Positions 1 through 10,032 of a stretch of DNA of 64,000 nt are shown here, piece by piece. Origin of the DNA: Oligoflexia bacterium (lineage in GTDB: Bacteria > Bdellovibrionota > UBA1018). The DNA lies in the NCBI GenBank assembly GCA_963758495.1, contig CAVWVI010000003.1, positions 1,120,001-1,184,000 of the forward strand. Direction: 5' to 3'. Both the position numbers and the translations under genes were made by a program. The notes below the pieces were generated by a model, which saw nothing but the letters and a program-made list of their open reading frames with translations, made no database searches and was not told where the DNA came from. Position 1 is the first letter of the stretch. The number at the start of each line of letters is the position of its first letter.

Positions 1-138
1 CATTTTGTCAGAAACGATTTAAAAAATAGCCTCCCCCCTCCAGATCCGTATCCATACGTGAGGTAAATATATACTCAATAAATAAATTATGATATCTAAT
101 CACATTTTTAACATGAGCAATAACTAAGAGACAGGTAT

Positions 139-600
139 ATGAAACCGAATCAATTTAAAGCTTTATTTGGAATATTTTTAACCCTATTTATTGCCGCATG
201 CAGAGCGGAACCATTTATTGAAACACTTGCAGAAAAAGAACATTCAATTGCGGCAGTAACAGAAGAGGAAGGTTCTCTTCAAACGAATGATGACATTGAT
301 GAAGTAACAGAAGAAGAATTTTATCGACTTGCTGGAATTGATCTTTCTGAAGATGGGTCAGTTCGAAATGAGTTTGAATCTAATAAAACCCATAAATGTC
401 GAAACTTCTTTTTTAATCTCGCTGGAAATGTAAGGTCATTTGCTATTGTGCTTGATAGCTGCATTTTAGATGGAAGCATGAATCGATACTTTATCAATCA
501 TAGTGCTAAAGCCGAAATAAATGAGTCGACTCTAGAACCAAGCGAAAGTGAAATAAGAAGTGATCCCACTAATCCAGACGTTATACATTTGATCAATTGA
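139..600 (+). CDS. Hypothetical lipoprotein
   Basis: 153-aa ORF with a hydrophobic N-terminus ending in lipobox-like FIAAC; acidic mature part; no family recognised. Confidence 0.6.
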   Translation: MKPNQFKALFGIFLTLFIAACRAEPFIETLAEKEHSIAAVTEEEGSLQTNDDIDEVTEEEFYRLAGIDLSEDGSVRNEFESNKTHKCRNFFFNLAGNVRSFAIVLDSCILDGSMNRYFINHSAKAEINESTLEPSESEIRSDPTNPDVIHLIN

Positions 601-662
601 ATAATTTTAGCGAACATGACTTAAACAATAGTGTGTCTGGGTCTGGCCCAGATCCCATACAT

Positions 663-1904
663 CTAAATCAACCCAACTGGAATTTGGATCACCTTAGAAT
701 TCAATCTTTCCACTGTGTTCGATTGATTCACCAAAAATCCTACAGGGAGGTTATATTCTAAAAGAAATGCATTCAGATTGACTAAATCCCGAGAATCCAC
801 TTTGGATCCAAATTTGATTTCTATGGGAATCATCCCATAACGAGTCTCTAAAATCAGATCAATCTCGGCCCTGCTTCTGGTTCGATAATAAGAATAACTC
901 CAATTCAAAGCACCCGCTGCGCCCAGTCCTTTAAGGATTTCTTCAATCACAAATGATTCGAATGATCGACTAAAACTCGGATGTCGTAATAAAGATTCTA
1001 AATCTGCAGTACGCGAAAGAAAGTGCTTGAGTCCGCTGTCTCTTAAGTGTCCTTTGGGCATTTTAACTAAAGACTTTGATTTGGATTTCGAAAAGCTAGG
1101 TAAGCTACGCCAAATATAAGTTCCATTCGCAATGGCTAAGTACTGAGTCACTGTGGGTTGACTCACATCCAGGAGTGAAGCGAGTTCGCTTCGATTCAAA
1201 ATCGTACCGGATAACTCTGCCAAGAGAGAAATAAATCGTTGGTATCTTGGAACGTTGATGCGTGGAAATAATTTCCGAATATCTCGCTCGATATAGGTTT
1301 TTTGATATTCCTCCATCCACCGCAGATAAAACTGAGGGCTCCCCTCTAAGACTGGCTCTGGATAACCCCCTTGCATCCAAAACCGCTGCATTTCTTGCGT
1401 GGTGATTTGCGAAGTTAAATCAAGAACCTCATGGGATAGCTGATTCAGATCACCGTCTAGAAGTGAATAGAATGGACTGAGGGGTCGTTCATAATATTCA
1501 TTAGCCTTCAATGTCCCCACTTCGACTGTCGCAATCCGACCCGCTAGCGACTCAGAAATATTCTTTAGTAACTCTGGACTACTGGATCCCGTCAGGAGAA
1601 AGCGACCCTTTTTTCCTCGGTCCTGATCCACCACTCCTCGGAGAATTTTGAAAAGATCGGGATATTCCTGTGCCTCATCAAAGATGATGGAATTTGGATT
1701 TTCAGAAAAGAAGAAGTCTGGATCCAGTTGAATTCGTCGTAAATCAGATGGCCGTTCCAGGTCATAGTAAGTCCAGGTTGGGCGAACAGTTTTTGCCAGC
1801 TCAGTTTTCCCTACTTGCCTAGCTCCTATGAGAGCAACTATAGGGAATTGTTGCAGTAAACCTTCGACTATAACTTCTTGATTTCGTTTAATTTTTTTAC
1901 TCAT
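663..1904 (-). CDS. AAA+ ATPase (AAA_14 + DUF4143 family)
   Basis: Walker A GARQVGKT, Walker B IIFDEAQ, LLTGSS, ESLAGR, GGYP, HTH-like segment, C-terminal YYRT..AEIDLI...IEIK. Confidence 0.9.
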   Translation of the reverse strand: MSKKIKRNQEVIVEGLLQQFPIVALIGARQVGKTELAKTVRPTWTYYDLERPSDLRRIQLDPDFFFSENPNSIIFDEAQEYPDLFKILRGVVDQDRGKKGRFLLTGSSSPELLKNISESLAGRIATVEVGTLKANEYYERPLSPFYSLLDGDLNQLSHEVLDLTSQITTQEMQRFWMQGGYPEPVLEGSPQFYLRWMEEYQKTYIERDIRKLFPRINVPRYQRFISLLAELSGTILNRSELASLLDVSQPTVTQYLAIANGTYIWRSLPSFSKSKSKSLVKMPKGHLRDSGLKHFLSRTADLESLLRHPSFSRSFESFVIEEILKGLGAAGALNWSYSYYRTRSRAEIDLILETRYGMIPIEIKFGSKVDSRDLVNLNAFLLEYNLPVGFLVNQSNTVERLNSKVIQIPVGLI

Positions 1905-1942
1905 CTGTAATTTTTAAAGTCTAACTTTAAAAATTACAGATG
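1902..1942. promoter_or_regulatory. Perfect 19-bp inverted repeat over the ATPase start codon (operator-like)
   Basis: CATCTGTAATTTTTAAAGT-cta-ACTTTAAAAATTACAGATG. Confidence 0.7.
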
Positions 1943-1983
1943 TCAATCTAGGTGCTCAACGGAAGCGGTGGCAGCATATGTTC

Positions 1984-2700
1984 TCACCCGATTGATTCCC
2001 AAGGATAGATTTCAATGGAATCAGAAAAGCTGATTCGTTCGGAACCTAAAGCAAAAAGACTAGGGTTGAGATCTATAGACTTTTCTCTGTTGGATTTATC
2101 TCTGAAAGCCTTCAGGATCTCTAGGTCTTTGCTGATGAATTTTTCTTCGGTGAAAAGCTTCACAGCAGCAAGTTGCTTTGAAGCTCTATCTTCAATGATT
2201 AAATGAATTCTACTTCCTTTTGGAGTTCGATAATAATAAAGAGTCGATTTTCTATCGTCTCTATAAGTTCTCTGAGAGAACTGCTCCTGAATTAACCAAG
2301 TATAGAGCTGCGTTTCAAATCCGCCACCGAGGATTTTTACGAAGCTGACATCGCATAAAAAATAGAGTGGCTTTCCTGTTCCCAATGGATGAGGAGGTAG
2401 CGAGTGAAGGACAAAGAGTGTTTGTAATGCGAGTAAATGAGTCTTGATCTTCCTTAAATCTTTTTTCAATGCTCGGGCGATATTCCCTGCATCAGGCTCT
2501 TCGAGTGAAACGACTTGCTCTAGAATTCTCCTACAGAGTTCAATATCTATTTTAATTTTCGGAATCAAAGAGACATCTCTTTGCGTGGTTAAATCAAGCC
2601 AGTCATGCAATAGCGATTCTCGTTCGTTTGAATCGCAAATGGCAAAAATTCCAGGCATCCCTCCTCTATTTAGATACTGAAGAAATTGAACCCTGCCATT
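1984..2700 (-). pseudogene. 5'-truncated AAA_14/DUF4143 paralog (C-terminal half only)
   Basis: Frame reads ...QFLQYLNRGGMPGIF...KLYF-like PLYFLCD...FET...LYYYRTPKG; in-frame stops just upstream; no Walker A/B. Confidence 0.65.
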
Positions 2701-2709
2701 TTACGACAG

Positions 2710-3729
2710 TCAACGTCTAAAACTGGTAGGGTTTAACGGAAGAGACGGCACAACCAAAACATCCCCAAATCTCAACCCATAAAAAGCGATCGGATGAACT
2801 TTAGCATGTGGGCAGCGAAAAGTAATTTGATGAGAATCACTCGAAAGATTCATGATGACAGAATAAAGTTGAGGGATTGAAATCTGCACAACCGACTGCC
2901 CTGTATCTTCCATAAACATGCTCTGGTCCCTGAATATACCAGGAACCGGAACACCATCTAGCTCCACAACGACTTTTGAGAGACTTTCCTTTTTTGAGAC
3001 CAACCCTGCAATCAATGAAATATTCGAAGACCTTGTATTCACTTCAATCCATGCATTTGGATCTGAAGTTAAAATTCTTTCACTCTCTTGGATCCATTCT
3101 CCACCCATTTTAATATCTTTCCTATTTGAATTGGATCCAAATTCAATCGACTCAGAATCCCAGATCATTCCCTTAAGAGGCTGAAGCACTTGCAGTAATG
3201 GTAATCCTACATCCTTTAATCTCAAAAATTTCTGAATATTAAACTCAGTATGATTCAGCCAATCTTTATCTTCATGTTCGAAAACCGTCTTACCTTGATC
3301 TAAGAGCAATATTTTAGGTAAAGTGTGCACTCGAAAACAGGCTGAGATAATCCCTTCCGCATCTATCGTGCATGGGAATTTAAATTCATATTTCTCTACG
3401 AATTTTTGACTGGATTCAGCTAATTTTAAAAAACTATAAGAAGGAACTAGAACAATTAAAATACCCAATTCGTAATTTTGGTAGCGATCGTACCATTCAT
3501 TTGCATAACCGATCGCAGCTGCTCCAGAATATAAGCTCAAATCAATAAAAAAAACTAACCAAGACTTCTTTAGAAATTCGGAATCAAGAGGGACCACAAT
3601 GGACTCATCCCCCACTCGAACTCCTGCGATTTGCGGCGGCAAACCAAACCAAAATGGCGCAAGTTCCTTTTTTGCTAAATCAATCGCTTCTTGTGGAGTC
3701 AACTCCTTCTCTTTGGGCTTCCAAGCCAT
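2710..3729 (-). CDS. DipZ C-terminal-like thioredoxin-fold + beta-sandwich protein, lacking CxxC
   Basis: Pattern LVFF...EWYDRY...LGILIV, P..LLLD..G..V.EH, G.W...E.I, C-terminal AFYGLRFG resembles DipZ/TlpA-type redoxins. Confidence 0.6.
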   Translation of the reverse strand: MAWKPKEKELTPQEAIDLAKKELAPFWFGLPPQIAGVRVGDESIVVPLDSEFLKKSWLVFFIDLSLYSGAAAIGYANEWYDRYQNYELGILIVLVPSYSFLKLAESSQKFVEKYEFKFPCTIDAEGIISACFRVHTLPKILLLDQGKTVFEHEDKDWLNHTEFNIQKFLRLKDVGLPLLQVLQPLKGMIWDSESIEFGSNSNRKDIKMGGEWIQESERILTSDPNAWIEVNTRSSNISLIAGLVSKKESLSKVVVELDGVPVPGIFRDQSMFMEDTGQSVVQISIPQLYSVIMNLSSDSHQITFRCPHAKVHPIAFYGLRFGDVLVVPSLPLNPTSFRR

Positions 3730-3731
3730 TT

Positions 3732-5141
3732 TTATTGCTCACTTTCATGAGGGGCACGTCTAGCAAGAGAAGCTGTCATTGCACATACCGCTATAAGTCC
3801 TGATACAAAAAGAACAGTGTGAAAGGCGGATTCAAAATTACGTACTTTTACCATTTGCTCAGTAAACAAACTAGTCGCCAGGCCGGTGCCTGTGACTATA
3901 CCCAAATTTCTAACTGTAGCCAACAAAGCGGACGCAACACCCAGTTTTTGTATAGGCACACTGCCCATAATCGCATTATTGTTCGGAGATTGAAAGAGAC
4001 CTGTCGCAAGCCCGATTGAAGCCAGCCCAAGAAGAATTTGATACGCACCGGAACCACTCCGAATTCCCAAACCAAAAACACCAGACATAATGAAAAGTCC
4101 AATTGCACCAATGAGTGCCCCCGTAAAACTCAACTCTTGACTGCCTAACCGATCTGACATTCGACCACTAATGGGGGCCACCACAAAAATAGTTAGTGGA
4201 ATGGCAGTCATAAAAATGCCCGCTTTTTGAGGAGAAAATCCCAGTACTTCTTCGAGAAAAAAGGGCATTAAAACGGAGACGGAGGAAAAAGCTACAAAAA
4301 TGAAGAATCCCGCCAAATTGGCAGTCCAAAAAGTTCTATTTTTCAATAATGAAAGATCAAATAACGGTGCTCGCACTTCAGCTTCTACTTTTATAAATAT
4401 AATGGAAAGTGCCAACACCCCTAAACCCACTATCCAGCGAGAGACAGGAAAAGGAATTCCCCCTGAAACAGAGACTTGAGGTGGATCAAATATAATAATA
4501 AATAAAAGCAATATAATAGTTTGTAGAAACGCACCAGCCCAATCAAAGGGCAAAACATTTCGAGAAGAACGATCTTTTTTAACGAAATAATGAACAAAGA
4601 CATAGCCAATTAGCCCAATCGGCACGTTAATATAAAAAATACTTCTCCAGCCTAAATGAGCAATTAAAATACCCCCAACACTAGGCCCTGTCACTAGCCC
4701 ACAACTCACAACCATCGCCAATATTCCTAAAGCTGTACCCCGATCTCGAGATGTAAAGGTGGACGTAATGATAGCAGGACCATTAGCCATAAGCATCGCT
4801 GCCCCAATTGCTTGAACAGCACGAAACAGCACCAACCAACTTAAATGAGGAGCTAAGCCGCAAAAAGCCGAGCCAGAAATAAAAATTAAAAATCCAATTT
4901 GAAAAATACGTTTTCTTCCATGTTGATCTGATAACCTCCCAAACGGAAGAAGCAAGCAGGTAATGAATAATAAATAAATGATCACTACCCATTTAATTTT
5001 ATAAAGATTTGGACCTAATTCTTTAGTAAGAGTAGGCAAGGCAATATTAACAATACTGGAATCCAGCGTTGCCATAAAGGTACCACAAGCTACCGATGCG
5101 AGTACCCACCATTTTTGGGTCATAGAGTAGTACTGTAACAA
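3732..5141 (-). CDS. MFS drug:H+ antiporter, DHA2 (EmrB/QacA) family
   Basis: LDSSIVNIALP, GRLSDQHGRKR, WRSIFYINVPIG; many TM segments. Confidence 0.92.
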   Translation of the reverse strand: MLQYYSMTQKWWVLASVACGTFMATLDSSIVNIALPTLTKELGPNLYKIKWVVIIYLLFITCLLLPFGRLSDQHGRKRIFQIGFLIFISGSAFCGLAPHLSWLVLFRAVQAIGAAMLMANGPAIITSTFTSRDRGTALGILAMVVSCGLVTGPSVGGILIAHLGWRSIFYINVPIGLIGYVFVHYFVKKDRSSRNVLPFDWAGAFLQTIILLLFIIIFDPPQVSVSGGIPFPVSRWIVGLGVLALSIIFIKVEAEVRAPLFDLSLLKNRTFWTANLAGFFIFVAFSSVSVLMPFFLEEVLGFSPQKAGIFMTAIPLTIFVVAPISGRMSDRLGSQELSFTGALIGAIGLFIMSGVFGLGIRSGSGAYQILLGLASIGLATGLFQSPNNNAIMGSVPIQKLGVASALLATVRNLGIVTGTGLATSLFTEQMVKVRNFESAFHTVLFVSGLIAVCAMTASLARRAPHESEQ

Positions 5142-5206
5142 TTTGATGCCCTAGGTTCAATATTATCTGATTAGTAAACTCAAATTTCGTGATATAGGAT
5201 GATACC

Positions 5207-6049
5207 ATGCAATCTAAAGAACTTGATGCTTTAGCCAATGAACTCAGAGTCTGGATTATAGATATGCTCACGGAGGCTAAATCTGGCCATCCAGGGGGAA
5301 GTTTATCTGCAACCGACTTAATTACTGCGTTATTTTTTCAAGAAATGAGGGGAGTAGATCCAGGCAACCTCCTTCCAGAAAGAGACCATTTCATTCTTTC
5401 CAAGGGACATGCCGCACCAGCCCTCTACGCTGCCCTAGCCAAGAAGGGATTCATCCCCTTCGAAGAACTTAACACACTACGAAAGCTGAATAGTCGACTT
5501 CAAGGCCATCCTGATCGCGTCAGACTCCCTATCGTGGAAGCTTCTACTGGGTCTTTAGGACAAGGACTATCAGTCGCTCAAGGCATGGCCCTAGGTCTTA
5601 AGCAAGATTCACCGTCTTCACGTGTCTATTGCCTGATTGGTGATGGAGAGGCTCAAGAAGGCCAAATTTGGGAAGCAAGTATGTCTGCACCTAAATTTGA
5701 ATTATCTAATTTATGTTTAATTCTAGACAACAATAATGGCCAAATTGATGGCCCTGTCAATCACGTGATGCCCATAGAACCCATTGCAAGCAAGTGGAGC
5801 GCTTTCGGGTGGCATGTGATTGAAATCGATGGTCACAATATGGACCAAATCCTAGGGGCATTTAAAGAAGCCAGGGACCTTCACCAAAGGGGTGGAAAAA
5901 AACCCGTATTCATCCTAGCACGAACCATCAAGGGTAAAGGGATCTCTTTTATGGAAAATCAAATTGGCTGGCACGGAGTCGCACCCAGCACTGAGGATGC
6001 TCAAAAAGCAAAAGAAGAACTGATGCAGAGAGGAAAAAAACATGGCTAA
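5207..6049 (+). CDS. Transketolase, N-terminal subunit
   Basis: SGHPGGSLS, LSKGHAAP, STGSLGQG, GDGE..EG ThDP motif. Confidence 0.93.
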   Translation: MQSKELDALANELRVWIIDMLTEAKSGHPGGSLSATDLITALFFQEMRGVDPGNLLPERDHFILSKGHAAPALYAALAKKGFIPFEELNTLRKLNSRLQGHPDRVRLPIVEASTGSLGQGLSVAQGMALGLKQDSPSSRVYCLIGDGEAQEGQIWEASMSAPKFELSNLCLILDNNNGQIDGPVNHVMPIEPIASKWSAFGWHVIEIDGHNMDQILGAFKEARDLHQRGGKKPVFILARTIKGKGISFMENQIGWHGVAPSTEDAQKAKEELMQRGKKHG

Positions 6050-6995
6050 GTCAACCCGACAAGCCTTTGGTGAATCTTTAGTGAAACTGGGCGAACAATA
6101 TCCAAATATTGTCGTGCTTGATGCAGATCTGGCAAAATCAACTAAATCAGAGCTGTTTGCCAAAAAGTTTCCAAATCGCTTTTATGAAATGGGAATTGCA
6201 GAAGCCAATATGATTGGCACCGCTGCGGGACTATCATTTACGGGAAAACTCCCTTTTCTGTGTAGCTTTGGATGCTTTCTAACAGGACGCTACGACACGA
6301 TTCGTTTAAGCGTAGCCTACGCACAAGCGAATGTGAGGCTCATAGGGACTCATGCGGGTGTGGGCATTGGGGATGATGGCCATAGTCAAATGGGTCTCGA
6401 AGACATCTCTTTGATGCGAGCTCTCCCTACCATGGGAGTGTTTCAACCTATGGATGCGCGAGAAACCGAACTCATTATGGATTACTTGGTGAAGGACTGG
6501 AAAGGCCCAGCCTATCTTCGACTGACGCGCCAAAACCTGCCTGATCTTTATCCGGCAAATGTTCCATTTAAACCCGGAAAGCTCATGCAAATTCAAGAGG
6601 CGATCAGTGGCAAAAATCCATATGTCGTATGTATTGCTACGGGCGCTACTGTTGCAGAAGCTGTTCAAGCCTCTGGCAGATTAAAAGAGACTGGGATTGA
6701 AATGTGCGTTTGGAATGCTCACTCCCTAAAACCTTTTGATGAAGAAACAACCCTCAAGATTATCGAAAAAGCTCAGCTCGTCGTAACCGTTGAAGACCAT
6801 ACTATCATAGGTGGACTTGGAAGTTGTGTGGCGGAAGCTATGGCAAATACGACTCATCATCCCCGCCTCATCAAGCTGGGTATTCAAGATACATTTGGAG
6901 AAAGCGGAGAAGGGCCAGAGCTCTATGAGACATTTGGAATCTCAAGCCGATCCATTACTCATCGAGTCATTCAAGAGCTCCGAACTTTGAGGTAA
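6042..6995 (+). CDS. Transketolase, C-terminal subunit
   Basis: DADLAKST, GIAEANM, DGHSQ, VTVEDH..IGGLG; overlaps upstream gene. Confidence 0.93.
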   Translation: MAKSTRQAFGESLVKLGEQYPNIVVLDADLAKSTKSELFAKKFPNRFYEMGIAEANMIGTAAGLSFTGKLPFLCSFGCFLTGRYDTIRLSVAYAQANVRLIGTHAGVGIGDDGHSQMGLEDISLMRALPTMGVFQPMDARETELIMDYLVKDWKGPAYLRLTRQNLPDLYPANVPFKPGKLMQIQEAISGKNPYVVCIATGATVAEAVQASGRLKETGIEMCVWNAHSLKPFDEETTLKIIEKAQLVVTVEDHTIIGGLGSCVAEAMANTTHHPRLIKLGIQDTFGESGEGPELYETFGISSRSITHRVIQELRTLR

Positions 6996-7006
6996 TTTTC
7001 TCGTCT

Positions 7007-7110
7007 TATAGATCCAAAAATATTCCTTTAGTTGTAAGGATTCAAGAAAATATTTTTGGGCCGTTTAGATTTGGATCCCCGGCCCAAAAACATTTTCTTG
7101 AATCCTATAG
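7007..7110 (-). mobile_element. MITE/REP-like palindromic element, copy 1
   Basis: Near reverse complement of 26696-26802; internal long hairpin AGGATTCAAGAAAAT...ATTTTCTTGAATCCT; TATA at both ends. Confidence 0.75.
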
Positions 7111-7131
7111 TTAGGTTAAACTTTGTAAACT

Positions 7132-7698
7132 ATGCTGCTATTTGGACATTTGGGCATTGGAAGTAAAATAATTAGTCCTTTCACTCGCGGACTTTCGCGC
7201 CGGATCGTCCTTGTTGGGACTCTTTTGCCTGATTTAATAGATAAGCCACTTTACTATGGGCTTTCTCTTACTGGAAAATATGCAAATGAACTGAGCGCAT
7301 ATGCACCAAAACTCATCAGTGGTACCCGGACTTTGGGTCATACTGCTCTTTTTCTACTTTTACTCACTGTGATTTCAATTTTTAAAAGATCTCGACTCTT
7401 TGCAGCACTTGCCCTTGGCGTTGCAAGCCACCTTTTATTAGACGGATGGGCAGATCAAGTAGGCTTACCTACATCTCAAAAAATCACTTATACTTCTGCA
7501 TTATTATGGCCCTTCACCGGATGGCACTTTCCAGATGCAGCCTATCATGACATCAGCGAATATCTATCCAATGCCAATCACCCTCTCCTCTTCGGTGGAG
7601 AGTTTATAGGTTTATGCCTCCTTCTTTGGGATGAGTGGAAATTGCGAAATATTCCTCTTATGCTAAAGAAAGATTCTCGAAGGACAAAAAACCTATGA
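7132..7698 (+). CDS. Membrane-bound metal-dependent hydrolase (YdjM-like)
   Basis: GH, G.LLPDLIDKP, R..GHT, SHLLLD motifs with TM segments. Confidence 0.75.
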   Translation: MLLFGHLGIGSKIISPFTRGLSRRIVLVGTLLPDLIDKPLYYGLSLTGKYANELSAYAPKLISGTRTLGHTALFLLLLTVISIFKRSRLFAALALGVASHLLLDGWADQVGLPTSQKITYTSALLWPFTGWHFPDAAYHDISEYLSNANHPLLFGGEFIGLCLLLWDEWKLRNIPLMLKKDSRRTKNL

Positions 7699-8183
7699 AC
7701 ACACCTCAAGCTGCACCTCACTCTACTTCTCTCTTATCTGCCAAATTAAAAACTTACTTTGAAGACTATTCTTATTATCATAAATCTAAAGGCAATCGTG
7801 TGACTCACTATTTTGGAATCCCCATGATCGTCATCAGTTTGCTTGGGCTTTTATCTCATCTGACCTTTGGACTGAATGAATCTCTGGCATTGACTTATTT
7901 TCGAATTGACGCGGGCACTCTATTACTGGTTTTGGCTTTTTTTCAATACCTTTACATCGACTGGAAAATCAGCATCCCTTTTATTTTTTTTCTGATCGGG
8001 CTCTATTATTTAGGAAGAGCCATACCTATACCCCTCAATTGGTTCTTCTTCGTAAGCGGCTGGGTGGTCCAAGGGATAGGGCATTATGTTTACGAAAAAC
8101 GATCACCTGCCTTTTATAAAAACCTGATTCATCTCTTCATCGGCCCCCTCTGGATTTTTTCAAAATTCATAGGATACAGGTAG
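7695..8183 (+). CDS. DUF962/Mpo1-like membrane protein
   Basis: YH...NR.TH.FGIP and GW..Q.IGH..YEKR.PA motifs; ATG at 7695 overlaps upstream TGA. Confidence 0.8.
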   Translation: MNTPQAAPHSTSLLSAKLKTYFEDYSYYHKSKGNRVTHYFGIPMIVISLLGLLSHLTFGLNESLALTYFRIDAGTLLLVLAFFQYLYIDWKISIPFIFFLIGLYYLGRAIPIPLNWFFFVSGWVVQGIGHYVYEKRSPAFYKNLIHLFIGPLWIFSKFIGYR

Positions 8184-8189
8184 AACCCT

Positions 8190-9944
8190 TTACCGCTGGT
8201 CTTGAAGGAAGGCTTTTTCCTGGTCACTCAGCGTAAGAGCAGGATTTACTTCGAGTGCTTTTTTATAATATTTTCGTGATTCATCTAATTTATTTTTCAA
8301 ATAATAGAGTGTTCCTAAGTTCTTATATGCAACCGCAAGCCCTGGATTCACTTCTATGGCTCTATTCAGAAGTGGCTCTGCCGAATCGTCACGGTTCAAA
8401 ATAAGATACTCTAGTCCTAAATTATTAAGTATATCTGCATCGTCATATTTAGACATTTCTCGAGCTCTATTAAAGACCTCTATCGCATCCTGATGTCTAC
8501 CCAAACGAGAATAACACACTCCTAAATTCGAATACGTCATAGCAGGGGCCCTCCCTGTACGAGTCAAATCGAGAAAATGCTCGATTGCCTTGTTGTATTC
8601 ATGAATACGCGCATAATAAGTCCCCAATGCATGGTGCGCTCGATCTGATTTTGGATTGTACTTTAATAGATGTAAGCTCACGGTCTCTTGATTTTTCCAG
8701 ACCGCGTTTTGCTGCCAAGTCCAATAAGAAAAACAAATAACTATAACAATAGCCGCAGTCACTAAAGCTGGCCTTAAATATATTTTCTCTGCCCAACCAG
8801 AGCTATAAATGGCCTCTCCAGATTTAATCACTATTAAAATAAGACCCAAACTGGAAAGATAGAGATAGCGATCTTGAAACGTACCAGGTCCTAAAGGGAC
8901 AAACTGTAAAACAATGGATATGGTAATCAGAAAGAACGCCAAACCAAACAATAAGTCTCTTCTAATCTTTTTAAAATTATAATACACTACGAAAAAAAAG
9001 CCTAAAAATGCGGCAACGACTCCATATTCTAATCTGCCTACAGTAGCAAAAGGTCCTTCATAAAAAACTAAAAGCCATCTTGGGTAGAAAAAATTACTGA
9101 AATAAAAAACTAACCCATGAACTATATTTGTCACTCGCATAGAGTCTGATATTTTTAAGTACTCGTCAGTCAAAGCCGTCTGGATTGCAGCCTGAACTGT
9201 TGGCTGGAGTGTCATATGCGTAAATCCGACTAATTCTAGTCCCAGCAAAACGCTCAATCCAAGAAATGGAATCTTTTCTAGGATGCCCTTTAGGCTCAGC
9301 TTTCTGCCCGAATAGACATCATAGACCATAATGACGACTGGAAAAGTCATCAGCATAGGTTTTGAAAGCAAACCCAAAATAAAAAATAAAAAACAGGTTA
9401 AATAGAGCGGGATTTTCCAAGTTTTGGCGTTGAGATATTTTATATAAATTTGAAAACACAAAAGATAAAAGAAAGTTGAAAGCACGTCCTTTCTTTCAAC
9501 GATCCAACTGACTGATTCCACATGGGATGGATGAATTCCAAAAATAAGAGCACCCAGTGCTGCTCCCCAGGTTGATAAATTAAAAATTCGAATAAAAATA
9601 TAAAAAATAAATAATGTATTAATAATATGAAGAAGTACGTTATCAAAATGGAATACTGCCGGATTTAAACCGAAGATAAGATTTTCAAGCGCGAACGTAA
9701 ATAGTGTAAAGGGATAATACAACCCCATATTGCGAGTTGAAAAGATTTCTCCAATATCAAATTTCCTTAAAGCGAAATTTTCGATAATGGCTTCACGGTC
9801 ATCCCAGTCTATAAAATCGTAACCCAGTACTTGAGAAAAAAGAAGAAAGGTTACAATTGCAATACCCACTGCAAACCAAAACTCGGACGATTTAAACTTT
9901 AAGCGCCAGTACTTCCTTTGCTCAGCATTCAACAGCTGCCCCAT
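8190..9944 (-). CDS. GT-C membrane glycosyltransferase with C-terminal TPRs (TMTC-like)
   Basis: DWDD after TM1, HP.HVESVSWI.ERKDVL, DRYLY, W.N, several TPR repeats. Confidence 0.8.
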   Translation of the reverse strand: MGQLLNAEQRKYWRLKFKSSEFWFAVGIAIVTFLLFSQVLGYDFIDWDDREAIIENFALRKFDIGEIFSTRNMGLYYPFTLFTFALENLIFGLNPAVFHFDNVLLHIINTLFIFYIFIRIFNLSTWGAALGALIFGIHPSHVESVSWIVERKDVLSTFFYLLCFQIYIKYLNAKTWKIPLYLTCFLFFILGLLSKPMLMTFPVVIMVYDVYSGRKLSLKGILEKIPFLGLSVLLGLELVGFTHMTLQPTVQAAIQTALTDEYLKISDSMRVTNIVHGLVFYFSNFFYPRWLLVFYEGPFATVGRLEYGVVAAFLGFFFVVYYNFKKIRRDLLFGLAFFLITISIVLQFVPLGPGTFQDRYLYLSSLGLILIVIKSGEAIYSSGWAEKIYLRPALVTAAIVIVICFSYWTWQQNAVWKNQETVSLHLLKYNPKSDRAHHALGTYYARIHEYNKAIEHFLDLTRTGRAPAMTYSNLGVCYSRLGRHQDAIEVFNRAREMSKYDDADILNNLGLEYLILNRDDSAEPLLNRAIEVNPGLAVAYKNLGTLYYLKNKLDESRKYYKKALEVNPALTLSDQEKAFLQDQR

Positions 9945-10032
9945 TGAAGGCCTCCTATTGAATAATTATGACTTTTTTAACTTGGAAATTGTATTGTTTT
10001 TTAGGTACTACTTTGGCATCCTTAGAAAGAAT

